Assembly: GCF_009914755.1 (NCBI RefSeq)
Contig: NC_060929.1
Strand: one strand, 5' to 3'
DNA length: 64,000 nt
Source: the human T2T-CHM13v2.0 reference genome, Homo sapiens
Shown: in pieces, positions 31,351-44,440 of the stretch
How the letters are laid out: every line of letters begins with the position of its first letter
Position numbering within the stretch: position 1 is the stretch's first letter
The notes under the pieces: generated by a model
What the model was told of the DNA's origin: nothing
The model's input: only the letters and a program-made list of their open reading frames with translations
The model's database searches: none
Translations under genes and position numbers: made by a program

Positions 31351-32039
31351 CATGAACTGAAAAGGTAAACAGACCAATAGTGAAACAAGAGGCTTCAAAG
31401 CCAACTCGACATCAAGTCAATGGTGCATATGGACCTATAAAATCTGGCAGGCTTAGCTTTTCAAGTGTTCAGCTTTAATAGGAAGCTCTTCATGTATATA
31501 AAATTAGATGGAGTAAAGCAAAAATACACTTAAAATTATTATTTTTCTCTCTCCCTAAATTCACCACCTTCAATTAGTCCAACTTATAAAACCAACTTCA
31601 AGTGAATACAGTTTACTTTTTGTTTTCATTATCCATCCTGCTTTGGTTAATCTGGATGTTTAGGCAAGTCTGTGATGAGTTTAATACACCATGATGTACG
31701 TATTTGCAGCAACATATACATTTGGATGCAGAAGCAGATGCTTTCACATATCCTAAATAAGGTTTTATAATGGAAAATAATATTCCATCCACGTGGTTAA
31801 CCCCGCTTAACAACAGAGAGTGCAGTGCTTTCTATTTAAAGAAAAAAAAAACACTAAGCAATGTTAAAAAGTTTAACAGCATGTGACTCCAATACGAAAT
31901 GCTGCAATTACAAAGTTATATTCTTACAAATATAAAGTATTTTGGAACAATGAATACAAAGACATTTTTATTCTTTTGTGGCAGCAGGTAGCTAAGAGTC
32001 AACCAAACTCATGTTCCTACTTCTGCAGAGTGGCTGCTG

Positions 32040-32345
32040 ACCCCAGGACTCTGCCCCACTTCCATCGATGAGAGGTCATGTGACTGAAATTCACTAATGA
32101 ACTCTGAGTGCAGTGATGCAATTGATGATGCAATTCAGGATGGAGCCATAGGGGATGGCAAGGTCATCAAGTTAGAAAGAGGGCGTGAGTCACTATATGG
32201 AGAAGAAGTAGGCTTAGTTGGCTACCTTAGAGAGAAACAAACTACTATTGTGTTAAGTTCACTGCAGTATTCACTGCAGTTTATTTGCCATAGCAGCCTT
32301 GGTTTTCTCCCTAAAAATGTAGTAGAGTGCCAAAAACACACCATC
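32040..32345 (+). mobile_element. MLT1 LTR fragment
   Basis: 3' end motif gagaaacaaactactattgtgttaag..cactg..tttatttgccatagcagc. Confidence 0.5.
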
Positions 32346-33036
32346 TAACAAGAGCGTTTTTGAGAAATGGAAGTTAAGCCTTATGTCTCTTTCACACACA
32401 CATGCACACATACACTTACATTTTCATATACGAAAGCCTGGTTCTAAGGAGGATAATTTTATTTTGTGGTCAAGTGGCTAAAAAGTTATAGGCTTTAAAA
32501 AATATATATTTCATAATCTCAAACTAATCACTAATTGAATAATCATTTATGTTTATGAATGAGGAAATATTTTTACACATGGGGAACTGCACGTGTGGTT
32601 GATCTTCAAGGGGCAATTTCATAACTTAGCATTATGTATTAGCAAAAACAATACTGGTTCCACCAGAATGTTCTCACTTTTATTTCAGGAACCTGGAGCT
32701 CTGGATCATTTACGAAAAAAAAAAAAAGTCCCAAACTCGGAGACTGTGACTTGGCATCTCCTGATTTCCAGCAAGCTGGCTGAATGCAAAGCCTTCCTTT
32801 GTGTAAAATTACGTATAATTTGCATTCAGGGCAGGCATTAATTTTGTTAAAAGAGTTTCAAATACAAATCAGGACATTTTGGACACCTTTTGAACATCTT
32901 AAATCAGGTCAGTTACAATTTCTTTCCAACGTTTGACTGAATGTTCCAATTCCACCACCGGGTTGGAAAGAAGAGAAACATCACGATTTACTTGCAGGGG
33001 CAACTCAAAGCACAGACAATGAACAGAGCGGCGCTA

Positions 33037-33189
<153 letters not shown>

Positions 33190-33289
33190 CTACATGACAG
33201 GTGAAATTCAGACCAAAATAATAGGACGGCTGAGGGAGAAAAATATGATTTTCCAAGATGTCAAATTTGAGAAATGTGCAATAAAACTA

Positions 33290-33530
33290 GGATTCGAAGG
33301 TTAGACAGGCTTGTGGCCCACTGGCCATGCAACTTTGAATAAGTTAATTCATGTAAGTATCAGTTTCATCATTTGTAAAACAGACTTAAATACTTATTTA
33401 ATAAGATGGATATGAGGATTAAAGGAGATACTGTCATGAAAAATTATCCTGTGCTATCTTTGGCAGACGGTCAGCACCCAACAGGTACCGATACTCCTGA
33501 TACCACAAGTATAGCATTTAATGAGAAAAA
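33290..33530 (+). mobile_element. MIR just upstream of the exon 3 acceptor
   Basis: tcagtttcatcatttgtaaaa..tgaggattaaaggagata. Confidence 0.6.
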
Positions 33531-34959
33531 AAGTTCAGTTTTTAATTATCTTTTGGAGTTTTGTGTTTATTCCCTACTGGCCTTCTGGCCAACTCTATAG
33601 TGTTTACTGCTTTCTTCATATTACTTATATATTGTAGATTGAAGAAAATAATGCTTTATAACCCACACTCTTCATAACTTTGCATTCCAGCAGAATGACA
33701 ATGATACCAATTCTACACAGCCTCATTACTAAGTACATAACCTTTGAGATATTTGATATATCGCCTTAAAAACAGACAATTGAACCAATGAAAAATGCTT
33801 CTACAAAACTGCCTCAAATCCACTGTTGAAAACTTTAATGAATGATTCAATCAGTACTTCAAAAATCTCAGCTGTTCCAACAACAGGATTTTGTACCATA
33901 TTTTACTACTGATGTTTTCTTTCCTCATACACTTAAGTTTTTTTAAAAATGAAAATAACCAGAGCAAATCATGTATTTTAATAAGGAATGGCAGGGAAAG
34001 TTTTTACAATGTCACATTTAATACCTTTTAAAAATAAATTATCTAAACAGTTATGTTTTGGGGATAAGAAACAAGAATGCTTTCTCATACTGAAAAATAG
34101 CTCAGGAGTCAGTTTTGGAGAATTTAAACTCAAAAGGTTGCAGGGATATATCTTTCCAGAAAATAAGATTTTATTTACTTGCTACCCCAGGACACTCTTG
34201 CATGAGGTCTTTAAAAAGTAGAATCTGGTGTGTCCCCTATATACATTAAAAATATCCTGGCTCTTTTCCATAGGTGCACATTTTAATATTGACATTATTT
34301 TGGGAAACAAAGTAAAAGACACTTTGTAAATGAGAGCTTAATTTTCCCTTTAAGGTGCTGAAACTGAGGGAACATTTTGTTTTTTAACCTCAAACTTTTA
34401 TTCTTACATATTCTGAAGGGCATCAAAGTATTATAGTTAAGAAATTAACAAGATCTCGGCTGAATGTATTTTATGCATCTAACTTCTTCTTCTCTCTTAA
34501 AGTCCTACTGCTTTTTTTTCTTTCTGGAAATCCCTTTTCATAATATCCAACTTTTAGAAGATTTTTTCACTTCTAGACTTCTTAACGTATTGCATCTTAA
34601 ATCTCTCTGTGAAACAGGAAACTCACCCATACTTTTAAGTTGATAACACCTTTAAAAACATAATACTTGAAGACCATACAGAACTCCTCACATGTCGATG
34701 GAAATTCATTCTTTGTAGCATCTAAAGTACTTTGATTTGCTGCCCACTTTCCTGTGTTACCGAAGTTCAACATGGTGAAACAGTGCAGTATTTGGAGTCA
34801 GAATTCATCAACCAGGGGCTTCCGCTAGGACGGATGTTGCTCTTGGTCATCCCCGCTTCAGGTGGTGACTTCTCCATGGTTTCACCTCTTGTCAGTCTCA
34901 CAGGAGGGGTGACAATGGGAGATGACTTTCTCGTTTGCAAGCTTCCTTCCCAGCACGCA

Positions 34960-36470
34960 GTCAGATTTTCCAAGACTCTTCATCCATTCATGTAGATCTG
35001 TATTTGCATCTGGCTTTATTTTCCTTCCCTCTGAAAGAACAACCTTAGAGTTGTTATTATGGTGCAGTTCTTTGGGTAAAGAAGTCTTCCAGCTTGACAG
35101 GCCTTCAAAAGGTATATATGTGGTTCTCATTTTGGAAGACGTTTTTGCTCTGTCATCCTCTTGTTTGCACTGTTTCTAACACCACCACCACCACAAAATA
35201 CAGTTACCCTTAAATTTATTTCTCTATATGTCTATAGTGTTTATTTTGTATTTTTTTATTTTTTTTTTAATTGAGATGGAGTCTCGCTCTGTCGTCCAGG
35301 TTGGAGTGCAGTGGCACGATCTCTGCTCAGTATATAGTGTTTCTTTTTAATTTTTCTCTGCTTTTAAGATTTTCTCTTTACCAGAAGCACTGGGCAATTT
35401 GATGATTATGTTGCTTGGTGTAGTTTTCTTCATGTTTCTTATGCCTGGGTTATTCAGCTTGGATATCTGGCTTTATAGATTCCAGCATATCTGAACATTT
35501 TAGGCCATTATTTCTTTATGAATTGTTTTTCTGTTCTCCATTATTTCCTTTCCTTCAATGACTCCAATTAAGTGCATTTTAGGCCACTTGGAATTGTCCC
35601 ACAGTTCATGGATTCTCTTGCAATTCAATTTTTTTTTTCCTTTTGTGTTTAATTTGGGTAGTTTCTATTGTTGTCTTCAAGTTAACTAAGCTTTGCTTCT
35701 GCAATGCTTAACCTACCATTTATCCCATCCAGTGTATTTTTATATCAGACACTGATGAATCAAACATCTCTAAAAATTTCATTTGGGTCTTTTTTGTATC
35801 ATTCATGACTTTATTTAACTTTTTGCACATGTTGATTATACCTATATTAATTATCCTTTTTGTTAATTCTAACATCTGTGCTAGTTTCAGCTGATTGACT
35901 TTTTTCTCCTCAATCTGGGTCATATCTTCTGCTCCTCTAGACATGTAATCATCTTTCAACACAGACATTTTCATTTTACTTCTTGGGTTCTGGATAGGTT
36001 TGTATTCCTATAACTGTCTTCAGCTCTTTTATGAAGCACATTAAGTTATGTGAAAGCAATTTGATACTTTTGAGCCTTGCTTTTTAGATTTGTTAGGGGG
36101 AGCAGAACAGCATGTAGTCTAGGGCTAATCATCCTGCCCTATGAAGGCAAGACACTTCTGAGCCCCAACTCAATGCCCCATGGACTATGGGTTCTCCCAG
36201 CTTGGCTGGTGGGTGCTGGCAAACATTCCCACCTCTGTGTGAGTACCAGGCACAGTTTCCTCACATCCTTTCAGATGGTTCTTTCCCTGGTCTCTGCTAG
36301 TTTCCTTACATACATGGGCTGCTAAGTTGTTTGCTGAATATGAGAAAGGGCACCTTGCCTTTCTGATATTTGGACCCATGAACTCCCTGGACTCTCAGCA
36401 CTGTCTTAACTACTGAGACCCTGCTAGGCTTCCTCCTTTCTGCACTGCTGTGTGGAAACTCTCTCAAGGC
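34960..36470 (-). mobile_element. Old L1M 5'/ORF1 region containing a 5'-truncated Alu fragment (35242-35329, TSD tatagtgttt)
   Basis: ORF 35720-35974(-) KKTQMKFLEM...SDIKIHWMG resembles L1 ORF1p; T-rich antisense L1 composition. Confidence 0.75.
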
Positions 36471-37844
36471 AATCATTTCCTACCTTACCCCAAGCCAAGG
36501 GTCTATGGCTTACAGGGAAAACTGTTTGGGCCTTGCCACACCACTGAGGCTAGGATCTGTCAAGATGTAACCACCCTGAACTGGAATGGTATTCTCTTTG
36601 GAGTTGATAACTGAGCTTGTGAATGGAAACAAGAAGAGCTAGAATGGAGGTTCTCTAACTTGGAAAGACTGACTGATTTTTCAACTGAGGATTAATTTTT
36701 CTCCTTGGTATAGACATTTTTGTGGCCCAAAGGCATCTAGAGAAGACACAGCATTTTCACAAGAATGGATGAGATTCTTTTGCACTGGAGGATACTTAAA
36801 CTGTGGGGTAAATGGAAAGATGACATTATCCATCTCTAACACAGTTTGGGGTTTGAGGGAGGACAGACCTCTCAGGAATGAATAAGCTGCTGAGTTTCTT
36901 GGAAAATTTGAGATGAAACAGCATTCAAGAGAGGGATGTTGCTAATAAGGGCAGGTGAGTATACAAGAAGTTAACTGGAAAATTAGAACTATGTGAATAT
37001 ATTTACTGAAACTTGTAATTCTGGTTATAAGTAAATATGTAGTACTAAACTAATTCAGCAAAAGTGAGACTGTCAAGAAAGAAGAAATATCTCTAAAGAT
37101 TATCTAGATTTGCAGAATAGAAGAAACAATAGAAGCCAAGATAATAAATAGAAGAGTAATTCTGGGGTAAAGGATCACTAGTATGGCCTTCTCCTGGGTA
37201 ATTCTGGTGGAGATGTGGTGATGTAAATCAGGCTGCATAAAATGTAATACAGAGACTGCCCAGAGACATTAAGATTTCATGGGAATTTAGAGTACCTGGT
37301 GGTTTAGAGAGGACATCCAATGGTAAAAGAAGTTATAAGAAAAAGCAGAGCAGTGTTAGAAAGCCTAAATCTCCCCACTATGTGGAAATCAACTTATGTA
37401 AGAGATCATAAATATTCATAAAAGTATTGGAGATATGATGCAAAAGTTCATTAAAATGTACAAAGAACCAGATTTAAATGGTTTCATCCTAGAATAGCAC
37501 ATTATTGAACCATATAATACATTAGGATTATTATAAGAAAAATTATCAAACATTTTATAACTTTTCCTAAACAGCCTAAATTAATGATTTATTTGGTTTA
37601 ATTAAATGGAGTTTATTAAATGTTTTTAAGTAGATAAAAGCATGTAAAGTCTCTTGGGGGGACTTAGCTAACTTAGTATGAAAACTGAAATCAGAAAACT
37701 CATCGCCATAGTTTCATTACTTCCCTCAATAAATATGTTACTTAACTTTGTGGTATAGCATTAGTTGGGATGGTATCATCCAGATTTAAGGAAGTATAAA
37801 AATGGACAATTGTTAAGTCTTAACAATATTGAGGCTTCTTCATT

Positions 37845-38106
37845 TCTATGGTCTAAATGCCTGTGTCTCCATCCCCTGCCCAAGATTCACATGTTGAAAT
37901 GCTATCCCTCAAGATGAGGGTATTAGGAGTTAGGGCCTTTGGGAGGTGACTAGATGAACCAGGAAGTGGGCCCTCACCAGACACCAAATCTGCCTGCACC
38001 ATGATCTTGTGTTTCCCAGTCTCCAGAACTGTAAGAAATGTTTCAGCTATTTATAAGCAATGCAATTTATGGTATTTGGTTATAGCAACCTAAACAGCCT
38101 AAGACA
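37845..38106 (+). mobile_element. MLT1A-type LTR with internal deletion
   Basis: tatggtctaaatgc...gcctttgggaggtga...ccagacaccaaatctgc...ctccagaactgtaag...tatagcaacctaaacagcctaagaca. Confidence 0.8.
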
Positions 38107-38139
38107 AGATGCACATACTATTTTTTGCACAGTTTCATT

Positions 38140-39950
38140 TCCATTCACATACAACATTTTGTTTTCCCTAAGTTAAGAACTTGGAGTTTTTTGTTCCTTT
38201 GCTCAGTTGTCTATGGACTTATCAAACCCCAAACTCCTCCGATTTGTATAAAACTTCTCTTCACACAAACATATGAAATAATATGTCAACTACTGAAGAA
38301 ATCTCTCCTGGAGTTTTTGACCTGCTCCAATCTGGCCTGGCTGCCTTCTTTGCACAGCTGTCTTCTGGGATCTCTCTCCATCTTCAGGCGGGAGATTTCC
38401 TTTGTCCCTCTCTTCCGTGGATTCCTGTCTCCTCTATGAGTTGTCTTCTTCATTCTCCTACTTTATTTCCTTTTCTGGTAGAAAATGTCTTTCCAGATAC
38501 ACAGAGATAGAGAGAATGAATGAGAGGTATTATGTTCTGACACTTTGCACATCTTTATATGTTTTTATTCTACTCTCACACTTAGTGAATAATAGGACTT
38601 AGTAAAGAAATAGAGAATTCTAGGTTGGAAATCATTTTCCTTCAGGGTTTTGAGACAGTGATTTTTTGCTTCATTATCTTCTACTCTCCAATGTTGCTGT
38701 TGAGAAGTGTGAAAACTTTCAGAGGTTTTCTTTTCTTTTTTCTTTTTTTTTTATGAAATCTGCTTTCACTTTCTCCCAGAAAACATGTTGTATGTGGTGA
38801 CATATCTTGATATACCTCTATTTTTAGACATGTTTGCTGGATATTTTGTGATCTATTTATTTAGGGATCTTTCGATCAAAAACCTATTGTTTATTCTAAG
38901 CAATTCTTTTGAAAATTTTTAATGCTTTTCTCCTCCTTTTTAACATTACTCTTGCTTTTTCTTCAACTCTCATTATTCAGATGCTAAAATCTAGTCCTCA
39001 AGGTTTCTTCCTTTAGTCTTCTTCTCTTGTATTATTCTGTTTCTTTATCTTCTGTTTTACTTTCTGAAAAGTTTTATCAATTTAATCATGTAAGTCTCTA
39101 ATGAATAATTCATTGCTATTATTATGCTTTTAATTTCTCGGAGCTAGTTTTTATTCTCTGAATATTTCTTTTAATTTGCATCTGGTATTTATTCTATGGA
39201 TGTAAAATCATCTCTCTTCTTTCTCCACAGTATTAATGTGGTCATGTTTGTTTTCTTCTCTCTGCATAGTTCCTATTTTATGATTTTTCTGTTTGTTTTA
39301 AATATGTATTTTTGAAGGTATCTCAACTTCCCTGGCAGTCTGCTCATATGTGACTGTTGGGGTGAAAGAGCTGACACTTGTATGAGCGCCAGCATGAGTG
39401 AGGCTTGTTAGCTGTGCCTTCCAGGAGAACCACTGTGTGCAGAACATCATGCAGAATCCCCTGAAAAGGCTCTTCCTAGCTCCAGCTTTGTGCATAAACA
39501 TTTGCCTGCTCTTTTTCCGCAAAGCTGAGCAAGATTGAGGAGGGGTGGGTCTCAAAATTTAGCAAGTAAAACTGTATTCAATACCTCACTTTTAACAGTT
39601 TTTCTTGTGGTCCCTGCGTCAAGAGAATTAATTTCACCCCTTCCAGAGAAAAAGCCTCTAGTTTTTGGCATGGTGGGGTAGGGGATTTGGAGATCTAGCT
39701 GATATCTAAATTAGTGTTCAGCCAATCTCCGGAGCTTACCACTATACTTCATGCCCCATGCACCCACACCCCGCACCTTCGAGAGATTTTCCTGTGTAAA
39801 TTGGTCTACGATTTAACTCACCCCCCTGCTTAGAACTCCATTCCCTTGGGTATAATAAGTCACTTCCCACTTTGTCCATCTACCTTCTTTCATCCATTCT
39901 AAGTCACACATTTTTCACACTTTAGTATCTCTGGGTTTACCAGCTCATGA
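38140..39950 (-). mobile_element. Old L1M fragments
   Basis: tagagaattctaggttggaaatcattttccttcag..ttgctgttgagaagt, typical antisense L1ME-like sequence. Confidence 0.7.
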
Positions 39951-41146
39951 ATTGGGATGACTTGCATTTGATAGTGTGTGACTCTTTATTGGAAGTACTG
40001 TTGCTTTCTTCACAGTGCTTTAAGTAACCCTAAAAATTGATGGCCTCTCAAACTTGATGAAATATGGTTCTTTATTTACCCACTCTCTATGTTTAGGGGG
40101 TTATAACCCCTTTTAAAAGTCTTACTGCCATTTTGGCAAGGAAGCAGGGGTTAACACAAGGGTTCAGTGCATCTTCTTTATTTGGCAGTCAGATCATCTT
40201 TTAAAATAACTTGGCAAGCTCAGGGCAAAGAAGGACAGGTCAGAGCAGGAGTGAATCTAAAACGCCCCAGGTCTTTGTGACATCTGCTGAACCCCTGAGC
40301 TGGAATATTCTAGTGGCATAGGTTGGTCCCTCTGCTCTCCTTCTAAGCATAACCATATCCTACACCAAGATGCTGATCATGTTCCTGTTTAGAAAGATTT
40401 AAAGAATGTCTGAAGTCCCATACTTCAGGTTTCGGTTAACTTTCCTGCTGTGTCCTCTATTTCTGAAATTTGGGTTCATACCTAGTTCTATTTTGAGCAA
40501 ATCCCTGGGTCAATAATACAGAGAGAAGTCCTTCTCTAGGCCTGGGCCTTTACAGAAGCATTTTGTTGACTACTCAACCTTCTTGGGGAGGATGTTCTGC
40601 CTCTCCACACCTGTTCCTGCTGGTGGCTCCACTGGATGGTAGGTTGGGCCTATTAGATGACATCCTCCTGATACATCCCTCTGCTCCACTTCAACTTCTT
40701 CCCTCCTCCTTTCCTACGACTGACCACTAGCTAATATACCCACTGGCTCCTGACAGAGTCTCAGCAAATTATCTATTTCCCCCAGTGGCCCGCTACAGTC
40801 CCCATGCTTCATTCACTATCCCTATGTCTGGCCCATCCTGTCTATAGATGAGACCTGGTTCTCAGATGCACAAATGCCACCACGATCGAGTTAGCTGCAT
40901 GTAAAATAAGAGAATGAAACAGCAATTCTGTATTTCTTCTGCAGCTAAGATTGAATGGTTTTATGGAGTCTGACTTAGTGACAATGTTTGCAATAATAGA
41001 GCAAAATAACCACTCAAGTGCTCTGAAGTATTTAATTAGAAAGCAGATTTCAGTCATTATCATTGTCTAAACTTTTTCCTTAGATGTTCTACCTGGGAGA
41101 GGATCAAGGTACAGAACTGTGGTTTCTCTGTCCTAGTTTCCCACTC

Positions 41147-42504
41147 TGGGTTAGACTGCTTGTTACAGTTCCAGCTAATCTTTGGGAAGCTACTTAACAT
41201 CTCTAAGTCTGAGATGTCCCCGACAATCAAAGGCCTACCTTATTGAGTCAACATTGGAATAAATAAGTTAATACATGTGAAGCACTTAGCAGAATAAGGT
41301 ACATGATAAGTAATTGCTTAAAATATTAACTGCCATTATGTGCTGTTATCATAAGTAGATATGATAGTATCACCACTCTGTAGGTGAGTTCTTGCCGCCT
41401 GGTGTCTCTCCTCTCTGCACTGACCAACAATTAATACCATTGAGTATGCCTGGGTGATCTTTTTTCTTACATCACTTTTAATTCCCATTTCACATGAACG
41501 AGTTGACTCTACAGCCACGTCTCTTGGCAATGTTAATTTTACCCCACTGAAACATGTTGCCAAGCCAAGTTTGAAGGGGAAGTGGCACAAATGACAGGGT
41601 AATAATTGGAAGCCTACAGCAGAGTGTCCAACAAATCTGGACAGAACAAGCCATGATGTCAAGATGGAATGGAACAAATCAATGTCAACTGTAAAGCCGT
41701 GTACACCTCATTGGTGAGTCAGAAACTGTGGCAAAGAGCTGTCTGTGAAAGTTTACAAAACTGACAGATTAATGTTTTCAACAACGACAGTGTCATCCTG
41801 GGTTACCCAGCAAGGCAGCAGATGACAGGAATCAGAACTTGGAAATGGAATCATAAGCACCTTTCCAGAACACATTCAATAAAATAAAAATATAACGAAA
41901 CACCTCTTTCTCTCCAACTCCTTCATTCTGCAGTGTTCCATCTGCTTTTGCTCTGCCATTTTCTCTTGCCAAATGCCTTGTTAGCCAAATAAAGCATGTT
42001 TAATACAGTTTATTTAATTCACTAGCTGACAGGACTCCATGAAATTAACAAAGGCTACATGTCTTGGTATTTGAAGATGATGTATAATTCCATTATGCTT
42101 AAAAAATTAGTAGCAATATTATATGGGTGACTCTAAACTCTATCACAATAATCTCTAGAACTGTTTAAAATGCCTGGGTCCATTCCCCGAGAACTGAAGA
42201 CACAAATGTGGAGGCAACAGAGCCCAGCATGTGCATTCTGAAAATGTTCCATTAGTGATTATTATGCTCATATCTGCTTGGGGATGACTATTCTACTTAT
42301 GATAACAGCACATAATGGCAGTTAATATTTTAAGCAATTACTTATCATGTACCTTATTCTGCTAAGTGCTTCACATGTATTAACTTATTTATTCCAATGT
42401 TGACTCAATAAGGTAGGCATTTGATTGTCGGGGACATCTCAGACTTAGAGATGTTAAGTAGCTTCCCAAAGATTAGCTGGAACTGTAACAAGCGGTCTAA
42501 CCCA
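41147..42504. repeat. Near-perfect 213-bp inverted repeat (arms 41147-41359 and 42292-42504), 932-bp spacer, MIR-derived
   Basis: Block-by-block reverse-complement comparison gives 211/213 identity and no indels; mismatches at 41157/42494 and 41232/42419. Arms resemble the MIR core/3' end (ctacttaacatctct...taagttaatacatgtgaagcacttag). Confidence 0.97.
42125..42291. mobile_element. Degenerate MER5-like fragment inside the inverted-repeat spacer
   Basis: gtttaaaatgcctgggtccattcccc..gagcccagcatgtgcatt..gtgattatt, abutting the right arm. Confidence 0.45.
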
Positions 42505-43139
42505 CACTAACAGTTCAGAAACCCATTGCTTCCAAGCTCTAGGAATATTTATTTCCACTGTTTTAATGAAGGCTATATAATCAGGAACAATACAGCAAAA
42601 ATAATAGCACAAATTTCTTTAATGAGGAAGAACTATAGCTCATCATTTCACACTCTCTTTTATTTTAGTTTTCCTCGCCTGCCTGGAAATAAAATATTAG
42701 AATTATTATGTCCAACCACAGAAAGAATTATACTTATTGTACTGTTCAAGTTCACACTACAACTGAAATAATTCCTTCAAATAATGGCCCTTAACTTTTA
42801 AGAGGAGCACTGCCAAACTCAGATATACCAAACAAGGGCAATGAAGACAGAGAGGGGGTGTACACCAACATCTTTGCCTATACTTATACCACAATAGAGA
42901 AAGCAGCCTTTCTATATTTAAAGGGTGAAAGACAAAAGTACCAGAATCCTAGCCTCAGCCAAAATCGATGACTTGCATTTCCTCAAATGGACTTTGCATG
43001 TGTTCAATCTGCATTTATTCACTCATTGCTCCAAATATCCATTTCCTCTTCTCTATCCTTTCCTTGTTCCTCAAGTCTAGCAAAAATGCCTTTGCCTTTC
43101 AATTTTACAGTGATGAATCACATTACTTCATTTAATTGC

Positions 43140-44440
43140 CATCTGTTCTATATATATGCACATTTCTGACCTCACCCTCAATCTCAGCACCTGAGAAGAA
43201 TTGTCCACCACTCTCATAGCACTAACAACGCTTTCCTGAATTCTGTTATTTACATTCCTGTCTCCTCTCCTGGACCATATATGCCTTGATGACAGGCACC
43301 ATGCTTTTGCATTATCACCTTCTTCTCATCTACCATAGAGTGCTCTCAGTACATGAGGAATAGATGGATGAGTGGATGGATGCCTTACTTGACCTCAACA
43401 AATAATGTTTGCATCCATATGAGAAAATGTGCAATAGTGAAGAGCAAACTCAAACTATCGATCTGGGAAAATCTAAAATATGACATTAGATCACTTTTAT
43501 AGCACTTCCAATGCAGAATTTCTGTTCAATGATCTTTTTCCATGAATTGCTCCCTCACTCTACCTCTCTCTCCCCTCTACTCTCTGTGTCATCATTGTAC
43601 ATCCTTTGTATAACTAACCCGTTTTAGGAATAATGTTTTTCAGAACAGAAATATTTGAGTGACAAAGTATGATGTTTATCCTTTCTTACTCAATGCTCTT
43701 TGTTGAAACTTAAATAGCTAAATATCCATATCAATGGAATAATTATACATGCTCTTATCACCAAACATCATGTACTCGACTTGACCTGGTAACAGCATTT
43801 TACTTTGTTGGTCTCCTGTTCCTTCCCGCACAAACTCTTCTGATGGTTTCTGACACACCACCTCCTGCTTTCTTTCCCACCTCTTTTGCTGACCCTCTCA
43901 TTTTCCTCTGTGGCTGTCTCTTCCTCTCTTAAGCCACCATTCTCCTTGTGATTCTTATACTTTCTCTGAACAAGCTCATCCATTCCGAAAGCCTCAATGA
44001 CTAGTTCTTGGTGTTTATCCACTGACATTCATTCCCAAAACCAAGAGGTTCACATCCAAAACCAAAATCAACCAAATCCTACAAACCTACTCCCACTTCT
44101 TCATTTTCCTATCTCACAGAACGACAGCATCATTTGCCCAAGTTGCCTGATCCACAGATTTGCAAATCTTTCTAGACTCTGTCCTCTCCAGACATACATA
44201 ACAAATCATCTTTAATCTGCCGAGTGATGCACTAATACCACTCCAGTTTTGGCCACAAGTATCTCTTGCCCAGATTCCTAAACTCAGTATCCTAATTAAT
44301 CTCTTGCCCTGTTCATACTTGCTTTCAATCTGTTTTTCAAAATACAGCCAAAATTTTTCATGAAAAATAACAAATGTGATTATGTTACTCATTTATTTAG
44401 AATATTTTAGTGAATCCTAATTTCCAAAGGATAAAAATTA
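43140..44440 (+). mobile_element. L2 fragments
   Basis: L2 3' end (..gatggatgagtggatgg) and ORF2-like region (aaatgtgattatgttactc). Confidence 0.55.

Noticed and set aside
41147-42504. Inverted repeat interpreted as the TIRs of a DNA transposon
   Set aside because: Arms are MIR-like, I found no TSD at the outer ends, there is no transposase ORF, and primate DNA transposons are too old for 99% arm identity.
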